64,000 nucleotides of DNA from contig NZ_JAZUMY010000072.1 in NCBI RefSeq assembly GCF_045603845.1, forward strand, positions 4,236-68,235. Direction: 5' to 3'. The translations under genes were made by a program, and so were the position numbers. Positions 29,088 to 37,527 of the stretch are shown piece after piece; within the stretch, counting starts at the first letter, position 1; every line of letters starts with the position of its first letter. The notes below the pieces were generated by a model that ran no database searches, was not told the DNA's origin, and was given only the letters and a program-made list of their open reading frames with translations. The DNA comes from Methanobrevibacter sp. GTDB lineage: Archaea > Methanobacteriota > Methanobacteria > Methanobacteriales > Methanobacteriaceae.

Positions 29088-30100
29088 ATTTCCCATTTCA
29101 GGATTGTTTTTCCAAAATTGGAAATGTAATCCTTATCAAAAGCAGATTTTAAATCATCAATTGATTTAATTTCACAAACATTGGTAATTAATTTAGACAG
29201 ATAACTGAAAAGTTGAGGATTTTCTTTAAGAAGGCTTACCACCCCTTCAAAATCCTCCCTTTCGGAACGACTATTACCCTGAAGAGTCAAACCCTTTTCC
29301 AATATCATTCTCGTATTGATTGGAATAGGATATTCGCTAACTCCAAATAAATTAATTGTTCCCTGAGGATTGATTAACTGAATAATCTGATCTATGGCTG
29401 ATTGTGATGCGGCAGAACCCACACATTCAAATGCATGATCAATTTTTAAATCATCAGGAACGTTATGTATCATATAAGCATCATCAACAAAAGAGAATAA
29501 GTTCAAATTTTCAAGATGCTTTCCAAAAACAATTACCCTGCAGTCAGGACAAAGCACTTTTAGAATTAATGAAGTAATATATCCCAAGTTTCCATCACCC
29601 CAAACGCCCAAAACTTTGCAGGATGCTTTTTTGAACTCTCGAAATTTCATTATTCCCTGATAAGCAACAGTCATTAATTCAATGAAAGCAGACACTTCAA
29701 AATCAAAATTATCCGGAAGTTTAACTAACCTGTCATGTGTTAAACTGACCAAATCACTTGTAAAACCATCAAATCCACTTCCCCTAAACTTTGATAATGT
29801 AGAATAATTAGCACGATAACAGTCTTCACCAATTGGAGTATTGGGAATCATTACAACTTTATCTCCTGAATTAAAAATGGATTTGCTGTCATGAACCACT
29901 TCGCCGACGGCTTCGTGAATTAAAGCCATAGGCAATTTTTGTGATAGAATTTCGGGAGGTCGAGATCCCTGATAATACCTTTGATCAGCCTGGCAAATTG
30001 ACAGATAAGTTGGTCTTACAACAACATCATTTAATTCAATGTCATCAATTGCTTCTTCAAAGAATTTAGGGGATTTCAATCTATAAACAATATTAATCAT
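29084..30100 (-). CDS. tarJ: Ribitol-5-phosphate dehydrogenase (TarJ-like)
   Basis: MINIVYRL...VRPTYLSICQADQRYYQG...QKLPMALIHE closely resembles staphylococcal TarJ; WGDGNLG Rossmann motif. Confidence 0.85.
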   Translation of the reverse strand: MINIVYRLKSPKFFEEAIDDIELNDVVVRPTYLSICQADQRYYQGSRPPEILSQKLPMALIHEAVGEVVHDSKSIFNSGDKVVMIPNTPIGEDCYRANYSTLSKFRGSGFDGFTSDLVSLTHDRLVKLPDNFDFEVSAFIELMTVAYQGIMKFREFKKASCKVLGVWGDGNLGYITSLILKVLCPDCRVIVFGKHLENLNLFSFVDDAYMIHNVPDDLKIDHAFECVGSAASQSAIDQIIQLINPQGTINLFGVSEYPIPINTRMILEKGLTLQGNSRSEREDFEGVVSLLKENPQLFSYLSKLITNVCEIKSIDDLKSAFDKDYISNFGKTILKWEI

Positions 30101-30806
30101 GGACAGATTCCTTTAAAATTGTATTTGCTAATTTCAAATCATAGGGATAGGTGATTTTGATATTTGTTATTTCACCATCCACCAAATATACATCTTCATT
30201 TTTAAGAATAAATATTTTGCATGCATCAGTCAAGATTCTGCTTTCATCATCGGACAGGCTATTAATCAGTTCGGATAATTTATTGATTTTAAAACTCTGT
30301 GGAGTCTGACCCTGATAATAATTGTCCCTAATCGGAATATTTTTTATCATTTTAGCATCAACACTCTCCACAATAGTATCTGTAGCCGGGATAACAGTAT
30401 CGCAAGCACCAAATTCTTTTGCAGCTTTAATATTGTCCTCAATTATGCGATGAGTTACAAATGGACGTACAGAATCATGGGTCACAATTATTGAATCATC
30501 ATCAATGTCAAAATTATCATTGACATATTCTATTGCGTTGATAATTGTATCGTTTCTGGTTTTACCTCCCTCTAAAACAATAACATTAGTATCGTCGCCA
30601 AAATATTCATTAATCAAATTATTTGTGTGATTGATGAAATTTTGTGGGCATAAAACAAGAATTTTATCAAATTTGGAATTGATTACAAATTTTTCAACAG
30701 TATGGATAATTACAGGTTTATCTCCCAAATTTAAAAATTGCTTAGGGGTGTCTGTTCCACCCATCCTTGACCCTATTCCGCCTGCCAATATAGCTGCAAA
30801 AATCAT
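30093..30806 (-). CDS. tarI: Ribitol-5-phosphate cytidylyltransferase (TarI/IspD family)
   Basis: ILAGGIGSRMG, PKQFL, THDSVRPF, QGQTPQSF, NIKITYPYDL; overlaps tarJ. Confidence 0.85.
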   Translation of the reverse strand: MIFAAILAGGIGSRMGGTDTPKQFLNLGDKPVIIHTVEKFVINSKFDKILVLCPQNFINHTNNLINEYFGDDTNVIVLEGGKTRNDTIINAIEYVNDNFDIDDDSIIVTHDSVRPFVTHRIIEDNIKAAKEFGACDTVIPATDTIVESVDAKMIKNIPIRDNYYQGQTPQSFKINKLSELINSLSDDESRILTDACKIFILKNEDVYLVDGEITNIKITYPYDLKLANTILKESVHD

Positions 30807-30812
30807 TTTTAA

Positions 30813-31415
30813 TTACTCCTTTTCAAAGACGATGAAGAAATGTGACTTACCCTGAGGAATATCCTCTCCAATCTCTTCATTTAAGTAAGTCATTTTAAGA
30901 TTATGTTTGGCAAACATCTCTTCAAGCTCTTCAGGAGAACTTCTTACTTGAGTTGGAGGTCCTTTAGGAACATCCCATTTTTTATAATCCATAATAGCTA
31001 TTCTACCATCGTTTTTAATTAAACGGGAAAATTCACTTATTGCTTCATCAACTGTTCTTGAAGCAGTAAATCCATGGAAAACATTAACCATCAATATTAC
31101 ATCCAAGGTTTCATCCTCAATTTCTTTGACACCTTTGGTAATATCCGCTTCAATATTAATTAAATTATCTACATTGTTTTCCAATTTATATTTTTCCATA
31201 TCTTCTATGGATGCATCATAAATGTCTACAGCATAAACATTACCTGAATCTATATATTCATCCAGAAGTTTGATTGCAATGTGTCCATCACCGCATCCTG
31301 CATCCATAATATTCTCGCAGCCTTTAAGATCTAATTCATCAATGATTTCGTTTGAATCTAAAAAGAACTCACTTGAAAATCCGTGAGCCCTGTGTCCGTT
31401 TGCGGGCATCATCAT
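30813..31415 (-). CDS. Class I SAM-dependent methyltransferase
   Basis: MDAGCGDG motif I; VYAVDI; DVILMVNVFH; GRIAIMDY. Confidence 0.85.
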   Translation of the reverse strand: MMMPANGHRAHGFSSEFFLDSNEIIDELDLKGCENIMDAGCGDGHIAIKLLDEYIDSGNVYAVDIYDASIEDMEKYKLENNVDNLINIEADITKGVKEIEDETLDVILMVNVFHGFTASRTVDEAISEFSRLIKNDGRIAIMDYKKWDVPKGPPTQVRSSPEELEEMFAKHNLKMTYLNEEIGEDIPQGKSHFFIVFEKE

Positions 31416-31696
31416 ATTATCACCTAATATTAAATCTTTAAAAAATACTATATAATTTTAGTGAAAAACATTTCATTTCGATTGAAATTGAAAATTAATA
31501 TGAGGTTAATCTACATAACACGACAGCATTAACTTGAACTAGAATCTAAAATCAATTAAATAAAAATAGCTATTAAATAAATTAATGGTAAATACAACAA
31601 CATGCAAAATAATTAATCATGAAATCAATTAAACTGCAAGAAAATTGTGTTTGGATAATGGTTAAATTAAATTAAAAAAAGTAGTTTTTAGAGGAT

Positions 31697-31801
31697 TTAT
31701 TTTTTCCAGGTTTGTTTAACTCCTCTTCCTCTTTTACTACCAGGTTTAGTATAACTTCTTTTTTGTCTTGTTCTTCTGTTAGTACCTTTAACTTTTGCCA
31801 T
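31697..31801 (-). CDS. Small, highly basic 34-aa protein (not in ORF track)
   Basis: MAKVKGTNRRTRQKRSYTKPGSKRGRGVKQTWKK*; strong SD GGAGGGT 5 nt upstream; 14/34 K+R, no acidic residues. Confidence 0.7.
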   Translation of the reverse strand: MAKVKGTNRRTRQKRSYTKPGSKRGRGVKQTWKK

Positions 31802-31889
31802 ATCTTACCCTCCTATAAAATTTATAATTACAACATTAGAATTATGTATAACATAAAAATATTTGTTTTTAAAGTATTTATATGTTTTC

Positions 31890-33113
31890 TTATGTGGTGT
31901 ACTCTGCATTGATTTTTACATAGTCATAGGTTAAATCACAACCCCATGCAGTTGCCTCACCATCACCCAGAAACATGTTAATATTAACAACTATGTTTTT
32001 AGACTGCATTATTTTTTCAGCACGCTCCAAATAAGGAGTATCCTCAAAAGCTAGAATTTTTCCTTCACGAACAAGGTCAACATCATCTTCATCATCTGCA
32101 ATTGCAATGGTTACAATGTCCGGATTAAGCTCACAGCCGGAATATCCTATTGCAGAAACAATCCTTCCCCAATTAGGATCCCCACCAAAAACCGCAGATT
32201 TGAATAATGGAGATGTTACAATTGCTTTGGCTGCCAACTTAGCATCTTCAAAAGATTCTGCTCCTTTCACATTTGCTTCAATGAATTTGGATGCTCCTTC
32301 ACCATCACGAGCCATCTTTTTAGCCAAATTAATGCACACATGATTAAGGCCTTCCTGGAAATTTGGATCTATTTCACCATCTTTTTCTACATTGACTCCG
32401 GAAGCACCGTTTGCAAGCATTAAACAGGTATCATTTGTACTTTGATCACCATCAACAACAATCATGTTAAAACTTTTTTCAGCAGCAATCCTTAATGCTT
32501 TTTTAATTGCCTTTTGAGAAATTATTGCATCACTGACAATAAAAGACAGCATTGTTGCCATATTCGGAGCAATCATGCCGCTTCCTTTAGTGATTCCGGC
32601 AATTTTAACAATTTCTCCTGTGGTTAATGTCACTTCACATGCCTCTTCTTTAGGAAAAGTGTCAGTCGTCATTATTGCCTTTGCAGCGGCCAGGGAATTT
32701 TCAGGCTCGCTTCCCAATTTGGAAATGGATTCATATGCAACCTTAGATATTATGTCCATCGGCATTTCACGGCCAATGACACCAGTAGAACAAATTGCAA
32801 TTTCACCGGCAGGAACATTTAAATCCCTAGAGATCAGATTGACCAGTTCTTCACAGTCTTCAATACCCTTTTGGCCAGTGAAACAATTAGCATTACCGCT
32901 GTTTACAACAATTGCTGAGACAATGCCTTTTTTAACAACGTTTTTAGTGTAAGTTACAGGAGCTGCAACAACCTTATTTGATGTAAAAACACCTGAAGCA
33001 GTACTGTTTGGTGCTAAAATTACGCTGACACCATACTTTCCTTCACGAGCACCGGATACCTGAAGATTTTCTATAACTGAAAATCCGCCATCAATATCTC
33101 TAATATAATTCAT
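31890..33113 (-). CDS. argJ: Bifunctional glutamate N-acetyltransferase / ornithine acetyltransferase
   Basis: NSGNANCFTG, AIMTTDT, KGSGMIAPNMATML, DGDQSTNDT, RDGEGA, GGDPNWGRI, YVKINAEYTT. Confidence 0.97.
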   Translation of the reverse strand: MNYIRDIDGGFSVIENLQVSGAREGKYGVSVILAPNSTASGVFTSNKVVAAPVTYTKNVVKKGIVSAIVVNSGNANCFTGQKGIEDCEELVNLISRDLNVPAGEIAICSTGVIGREMPMDIISKVAYESISKLGSEPENSLAAAKAIMTTDTFPKEEACEVTLTTGEIVKIAGITKGSGMIAPNMATMLSFIVSDAIISQKAIKKALRIAAEKSFNMIVVDGDQSTNDTCLMLANGASGVNVEKDGEIDPNFQEGLNHVCINLAKKMARDGEGASKFIEANVKGAESFEDAKLAAKAIVTSPLFKSAVFGGDPNWGRIVSAIGYSGCELNPDIVTIAIADDEDDVDLVREGKILAFEDTPYLERAEKIMQSKNIVVNINMFLGDGEATAWGCDLTYDYVKINAEYTT

Positions 33114-33129
33114 ATTATCACAATAAGAT

Positions 33130-33405
33130 TTAGTAATTTACAGTATACTCTTCTTCAACAGTATAATTTTCATTGAAATCAACCCTATCTGCGTCATAAT
33201 CATAATAAAAATCATCACTATGATTATTGACATTAGACGTCATCTCAAGAGTTACGTTTTCTATATGAGTCGTATTGTTCTGAGGATTCGTCAGATTTTC
33301 ATGTTCCTCTATACTTACTGTAATTCCAATAGCCGAACCTATGACAAAAGCAATTAATGCCAGAATCATGATGAACGCTATTATCCCTTCATTTTTTCGA
33401 GCCAC
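33130..33405 (-). CDS. Small membrane-anchored hypothetical protein
   Basis: GTG start; N-terminal TM helix; acidic extracellular tail with NxT sites. Confidence 0.65.
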   Translation of the reverse strand: MARKNEGIIAFIMILALIAFVIGSAIGITVSIEEHENLTNPQNNTTHIENVTLEMTSNVNNHSDDFYYDYDADRVDFNENYTVEEEYTVNY

Positions 33406-33428
33406 TGTAAATCCCTTTTTTATTCATT

Positions 33429-34631
33429 TTAAGCAACAAAAGCATATATTAATGCTAAAATAATTGTAATAAAACTGAATGCTCCGAGTCCAAGTACACA
33501 TAACAAGTATGTGATAATGAATACAAAGGCAAATACGCCTATTAATTTCTGTTTTTCATTTTCAAACAGATTTATTAAAGTTCTTGTAAATTCAGACGGA
33601 ACATTATAAGCATATAAACCATTAGCAAGTTCAAAAACCACCAATGACAACGGAGATGTTGAACCTAAATTATCCACCAATTGAGCTCTCTCACCGGCTT
33701 CTCTTCTGGATCTGCCAACACCTGCCCTGATTTTTGCGCCATTGTCAAGAGCAAACCATGCCGCATCCAAACCTGCACGAATAGCCAGGTCTTTTGATGG
33801 GAAACGAGCGATGAAATCATCTCCACCTTCACGATAACCTTCAAGCTCACCGCCACATTCGGTTTCAATGAAATATTTGATATTACTCATTAAATCAACC
33901 AGTTGCGTTTTACCATGCTTGCTGGTATAACTTGTTGAATCGATTAAATCAACGAACAGGTAATTCTGCAGCTCAGTAGGTTTTGATTGTGCCAGTTTAA
34001 ATGGACCATCAAAAACCAGAGCGTATTCTCCACCAAGTTTTGTGAAAGCAACACCAGGAAAATTTCCCAGATTTTGCCTATAATTAATAGACCTTTCAAT
34101 TGAAGCAGCACCCGTCATTCCGACAGCAGATATTACTTCAATGCCCCTTTCAAGACCTATTCCAATCAATTCAATAGCTACGCGAATTGCATCATTTTTA
34201 CTTAACATTTTTGCAACGAGTTCTGTTGAACTTTTTTCGACAATTTGACCTTTCTCATTTTCAATAATTTTAACGAAGATATTGATTAGATTTGATGGGT
34301 TAGGAAGTTCAACATAAAAATAACGGTCACTACCCATGACAATATTGCTCACAAGAGCATATTCTTCAATCTTATCTTCAGCAGGTTTGATTTCATAAAA
34401 ATTAAATTCAGAGGGAATATTCTCATTACCAATATCCCTTATAAGATTAGTTTCTATACTATTAGAATTTATTTCAGCTTTCTTTAATTCAAACAATATT
34501 GTTTGAGTATAGTTAAACAGCTCCACATATTCATTTTGTATGGAATCTGTCGGAAAAAATTTAGTCCCTACACTAATGGGTGTGAGACCTGTGGTTAACT
34601 TAATTATCGCTTTAGATAAGCTGTTAACCAT
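33429..34631 (-). CDS. Membrane-anchored protein with tandem nucleotidyl-cyclase/GGDEF-like domains
   Basis: LFVDLIDST and EGGDDF acidic motifs; degenerate N-terminal copy of the same domain; two C-terminal TM helices. Confidence 0.6.
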   Translation of the reverse strand: MVNSLSKAIIKLTTGLTPISVGTKFFPTDSIQNEYVELFNYTQTILFELKKAEINSNSIETNLIRDIGNENIPSEFNFYEIKPAEDKIEEYALVSNIVMGSDRYFYVELPNPSNLINIFVKIIENEKGQIVEKSSTELVAKMLSKNDAIRVAIELIGIGLERGIEVISAVGMTGAASIERSINYRQNLGNFPGVAFTKLGGEYALVFDGPFKLAQSKPTELQNYLFVDLIDSTSYTSKHGKTQLVDLMSNIKYFIETECGGELEGYREGGDDFIARFPSKDLAIRAGLDAAWFALDNGAKIRAGVGRSRREAGERAQLVDNLGSTSPLSLVVFELANGLYAYNVPSEFTRTLINLFENEKQKLIGVFAFVFIITYLLCVLGLGAFSFITIILALIYAFVA

Positions 34632-35649
34632 CTAATTTTCCTCCTTTCTCTAATTCAATTTCAAACTCACCAGGACGTTCCAATAGCATGTCCGGTTTAA
34701 CTGAAACAAATGGAAACTTCCAGGAACCTAATCTGCCGGCAATGGTACTTGCAATATTTCTTGAGTTTTTCTTGATAAATACTTCATCATGAGTACTTAC
34801 ACGTACTAAAACATTATATGGAGCATTTTCAGTTACTTCATCGGCCAGCATGATATTTAATTCAAAAGTGCCAGGTTTAGTGAACAGGTCATTTCTAACA
34901 GCTATTAACGGTTTTTTCTCAAGACCTAATCTGTCAGCTACAGTAACGGAAATGTTTCCCGCATTCTTTACAGCAACCTTATAGTCTTTCGGATGAACCA
35001 GTACAAAAATAACATATGGCGCTGCTATTTCAACATCATCAACCATATCTACAATTTTATTGAACATAGGTATTTTTGAGAATATATTTTCAACTTTGGA
35101 ATTGATATTATTCTCATCATCAATACGTATGATGGCCTGTTTTGCAATATTCAAAGGAGATATTTCCAATCCTTCCTTGCCCGTGTAAACTTCCCATTTC
35201 TTGAAGTTCAGCTGTTTAATAATTTCATCTGAAATGTTCTGCAAAATATTCTTATCATGTTTTGTCTTTTTTGGTCTTCCAAACGTTAATCTATTGTCTT
35301 TTATTATAAATGGAATTCTGAATGAATTAATATTCTTAAATTCAGCAGCATAATCCCTGAATTTATCATTGGATAGGATTTTTGCTTTTTCACTATAAGC
35401 TATCTCCAAAATAAAATGATCAGCATCATTGCCTGCCGGAACTTCTTCTACATTATCGCTTTCCAACAGTTTTAAAAATTCTTCTTTATTATCAATTTCA
35501 TGACGAAGTGATGCATCTGCTATAATAACAAATTCATCTTCACTTTCCTCTAATGCCTTAACCGCAGCTAAAATATTTGCCATTTGAGGCTGTGAGTTTT
35601 CATTTCTTACATGATGTGCAACATTAGAAGCATCTACAACCACTTTCAT
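34624..35649 (-). CDS. NYN/PIN (Regnase/Zc3h12a-like) ribonuclease with C-terminal tandem repeat domain
   Basis: VVVDASNVAH, IIADASLRH, AGNDADHFIL and LSNDKFRDY catalytic Asp motifs. Confidence 0.8.
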   Translation of the reverse strand: MKVVVDASNVAHHVRNENSQPQMANILAAVKALEESEDEFVIIADASLRHEIDNKEEFLKLLESDNVEEVPAGNDADHFILEIAYSEKAKILSNDKFRDYAAEFKNINSFRIPFIIKDNRLTFGRPKKTKHDKNILQNISDEIIKQLNFKKWEVYTGKEGLEISPLNIAKQAIIRIDDENNINSKVENIFSKIPMFNKIVDMVDDVEIAAPYVIFVLVHPKDYKVAVKNAGNISVTVADRLGLEKKPLIAVRNDLFTKPGTFELNIMLADEVTENAPYNVLVRVSTHDEVFIKKNSRNIASTIAGRLGSWKFPFVSVKPDMLLERPGEFEIELEKGGKLDG

Positions 35650-35703
35650 AATATCACCTGATAAATTAGTTCAATCATTTATTATATTAAGTTATATAAA
35701 TAT

Positions 35704-36444
35704 TTAATCTTTTCTTCGATATTTGCCGAATAAAAACTTTTCTCCACCCACGTTATTTAAAAATATCTCAATTGTTTCATCATCGATTATATAAACATTG
35801 TAGGAGTTTCCGATTTTTCCCCTTAACTTATTAGAGCAAAGAGAACCTGCATTAACAATTATAGTCTCATTTATCCTCCAAATGTTTGGAACATGTTTAT
35901 GTCCGGACAATACCAGATCAACTTCATGAGTAGTTAACGTTTTTAAAACATCTCCTGCATCAGACAGGACATTGCGTTCACGGCCGGTATCCGGTATTGG
36001 AATAACGTGATGGTGCAGTGCGACAATTGAAAAGAGGTCATCAATTACGCATTCATCCAATTGATGTTCCATCCATAAATGCTGAGGCAAACCGATGTGA
36101 CCCCTATCTTCATCGGGAGAGCTGCTGTCAAGACCAATTACAGTGAAATCATCATCCTTTGTTAATTTCCAGCTTCTTTCACCAACCAATTCCTCAAAAC
36201 TTTGATAACCCAAGTTACGTGAATCATGATTGCCTGGCACTGCAAATAATGGTGCTTCAAACATGCTTAAATATTTCATTGCCTGCTTGAATTCCATATA
36301 ATAACCATTATTTGTTATATCTCCAGTTAAAATAATCATATCTGGCTGCAAATTATTTATTTCGCTTACGGCCTTCATGAAAACATCTTCATTGAAAGCC
36401 ATGTCGCTTACATGTAAATCTGAAATATGTACAATAACTGTCAT
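35704..36444 (-). CDS. Calcineurin-like metallophosphoesterase (Icc/CpdA-like)
   Basis: SDLH, TGDIT, PGNHD, LHHH, SGHKH motifs. Confidence 0.9.
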   Translation of the reverse strand: MTVIVHISDLHVSDMAFNEDVFMKAVSEINNLQPDMIILTGDITNNGYYMEFKQAMKYLSMFEAPLFAVPGNHDSRNLGYQSFEELVGERSWKLTKDDDFTVIGLDSSSPDEDRGHIGLPQHLWMEHQLDECVIDDLFSIVALHHHVIPIPDTGRERNVLSDAGDVLKTLTTHEVDLVLSGHKHVPNIWRINETIIVNAGSLCSNKLRGKIGNSYNVYIIDDETIEIFLNNVGGEKFLFGKYRRKD

Positions 36445-36450
36445 AATTAT

Positions 36451-36801
36451 CTATTGATTTAATTTCATGATAGCTTCAGCCAAATCTCCTTTGCATTCTT
36501 CCAATGCCTGTCTTGCAGCATCTTCGGAAACATTAGCCTGATTAGCCACCATTTCTACATCTTCATCAGGAATTTCAATCTCATATTCTAGTTCTACTTC
36601 ACGAGCTTTACCGTCAATCTGATAAGTTTCCTGACCCATCACATTCATTAAGCTAACGCTAGGCTCGTCAATAATTAATTCCTTATCTTCAAAACGGATG
36701 ATAACTTCTTTTACGCCGTTAAGATCTTCCATTTTCATTCCCATTTTTTTCATTTGTCTTTCCATCTGTTTCATTTGTTTTTTGTTCATTCCTGGAATCA
36801 T
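36451..36801 (-). CDS. nac: Nascent polypeptide-associated complex protein
   Basis: MIPGMNKKQMKQMERQMKKMG; MGQETYQI; C-terminal UBA (GDLAEAIMKL). Confidence 0.95.
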   Translation of the reverse strand: MIPGMNKKQMKQMERQMKKMGMKMEDLNGVKEVIIRFEDKELIIDEPSVSLMNVMGQETYQIDGKAREVELEYEIEIPDEDVEMVANQANVSEDAARQALEECKGDLAEAIMKLNQ

Positions 36802-36900
36802 AATAATATCCTCGAAAATAATCTAATTATTTATAAATATATTTTTAATAGTATTAAAAGATTGTTTTAAAAAGAGAAAAAAATAATTAAAAAAGAAGGA

Positions 36901-37527
36901 TTAAAGATTCTTTTTAACAATATAACCCAAATAAATACCTAGATAAGATGCTGCAGGAATTAAAAGAATAATTACTACAATATCCAATAGAAAATTGCTT
37001 AAAAGTGTTGAAAAAATGTTCGCATCCGCACCGCCGCTTACAGAACCCGCATCAGCATATCCTGAAGTCAATGGGGAGGATGAAAATACTGAACTCATTG
37101 CGGAGGTAAAAGCCGTCGTAATAGTGAATAGTGAGCCTGCACCGCAAAGAACTGTTGCCGCAATTACTCCAAAATATGTGAGGAAATTGGGAACTATATA
37201 GGAATCATCCATGCAATTGAAGTACCCCATAACGATTCCTCCGAAAAATACGGCTAATATAACCGTCAATAACACATTAGTTGAAAATCCTATCATTCCG
37301 TTGGACGTAAAAAGACCCCAGAAAAACGAACCTATAAACAGGAATAAACCCAGCACAATGAATGAAAATATCAAAGTTGAAAGACTTATTTTCTCATCAA
37401 TCTTATTTAAAAAGCTTTTACTATCGAATTTGAATCCGCACTGATAGCAGAAATCTCCGTCTTCAGTTACGGCACCACATTTCGGACAAATATTTTTAGA
37501 CATATCATCACATCCTAAACATTTCAT
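36901..37527 (-). CDS. Zinc-ribbon membrane protein (likely start 37503)
   Basis: CPKCG...FCYQCG then about 4 TM helices. Confidence 0.7.
   Translation of the reverse strand: MKCLGCDDMSKNICPKCGAVTEDGDFCYQCGFKFDSKSFLNKIDEKISLSTLIFSFIVLGLFLFIGSFFWGLFTSNGMIGFSTNVLLTVILAVFFGGIVMGYFNCMDDSYIVPNFLTYFGVIAATVLCGAGSLFTITTAFTSAMSSVFSSSPLTSGYADAGSVSGGADANIFSTLLSNFLLDIVVIILLIPAASYLGIYLGYIVKKNL

Noticed and set aside
30093-30806. IspD of the MEP isoprenoid pathway
   Set aside because: Archaea use mevalonate-type routes, and the gene overlaps a TarJ-like dehydrogenase, which favours TarI
31416-31696. Long AT-rich gap as a replication origin or RNA gene
   Set aside because: No ORB-like repeats, adjacent cdc6 or tRNA/sRNA structure recognised
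33429-36444. Calling the cyclase/NYN/PDE trio a known Pycsar or CBASS defence system
   Set aside because: No recognisable CD-NTase motif or standard PycC/effector layout, and the genes are embedded among housekeeping nac/argJ; reported as a novel candidate instead
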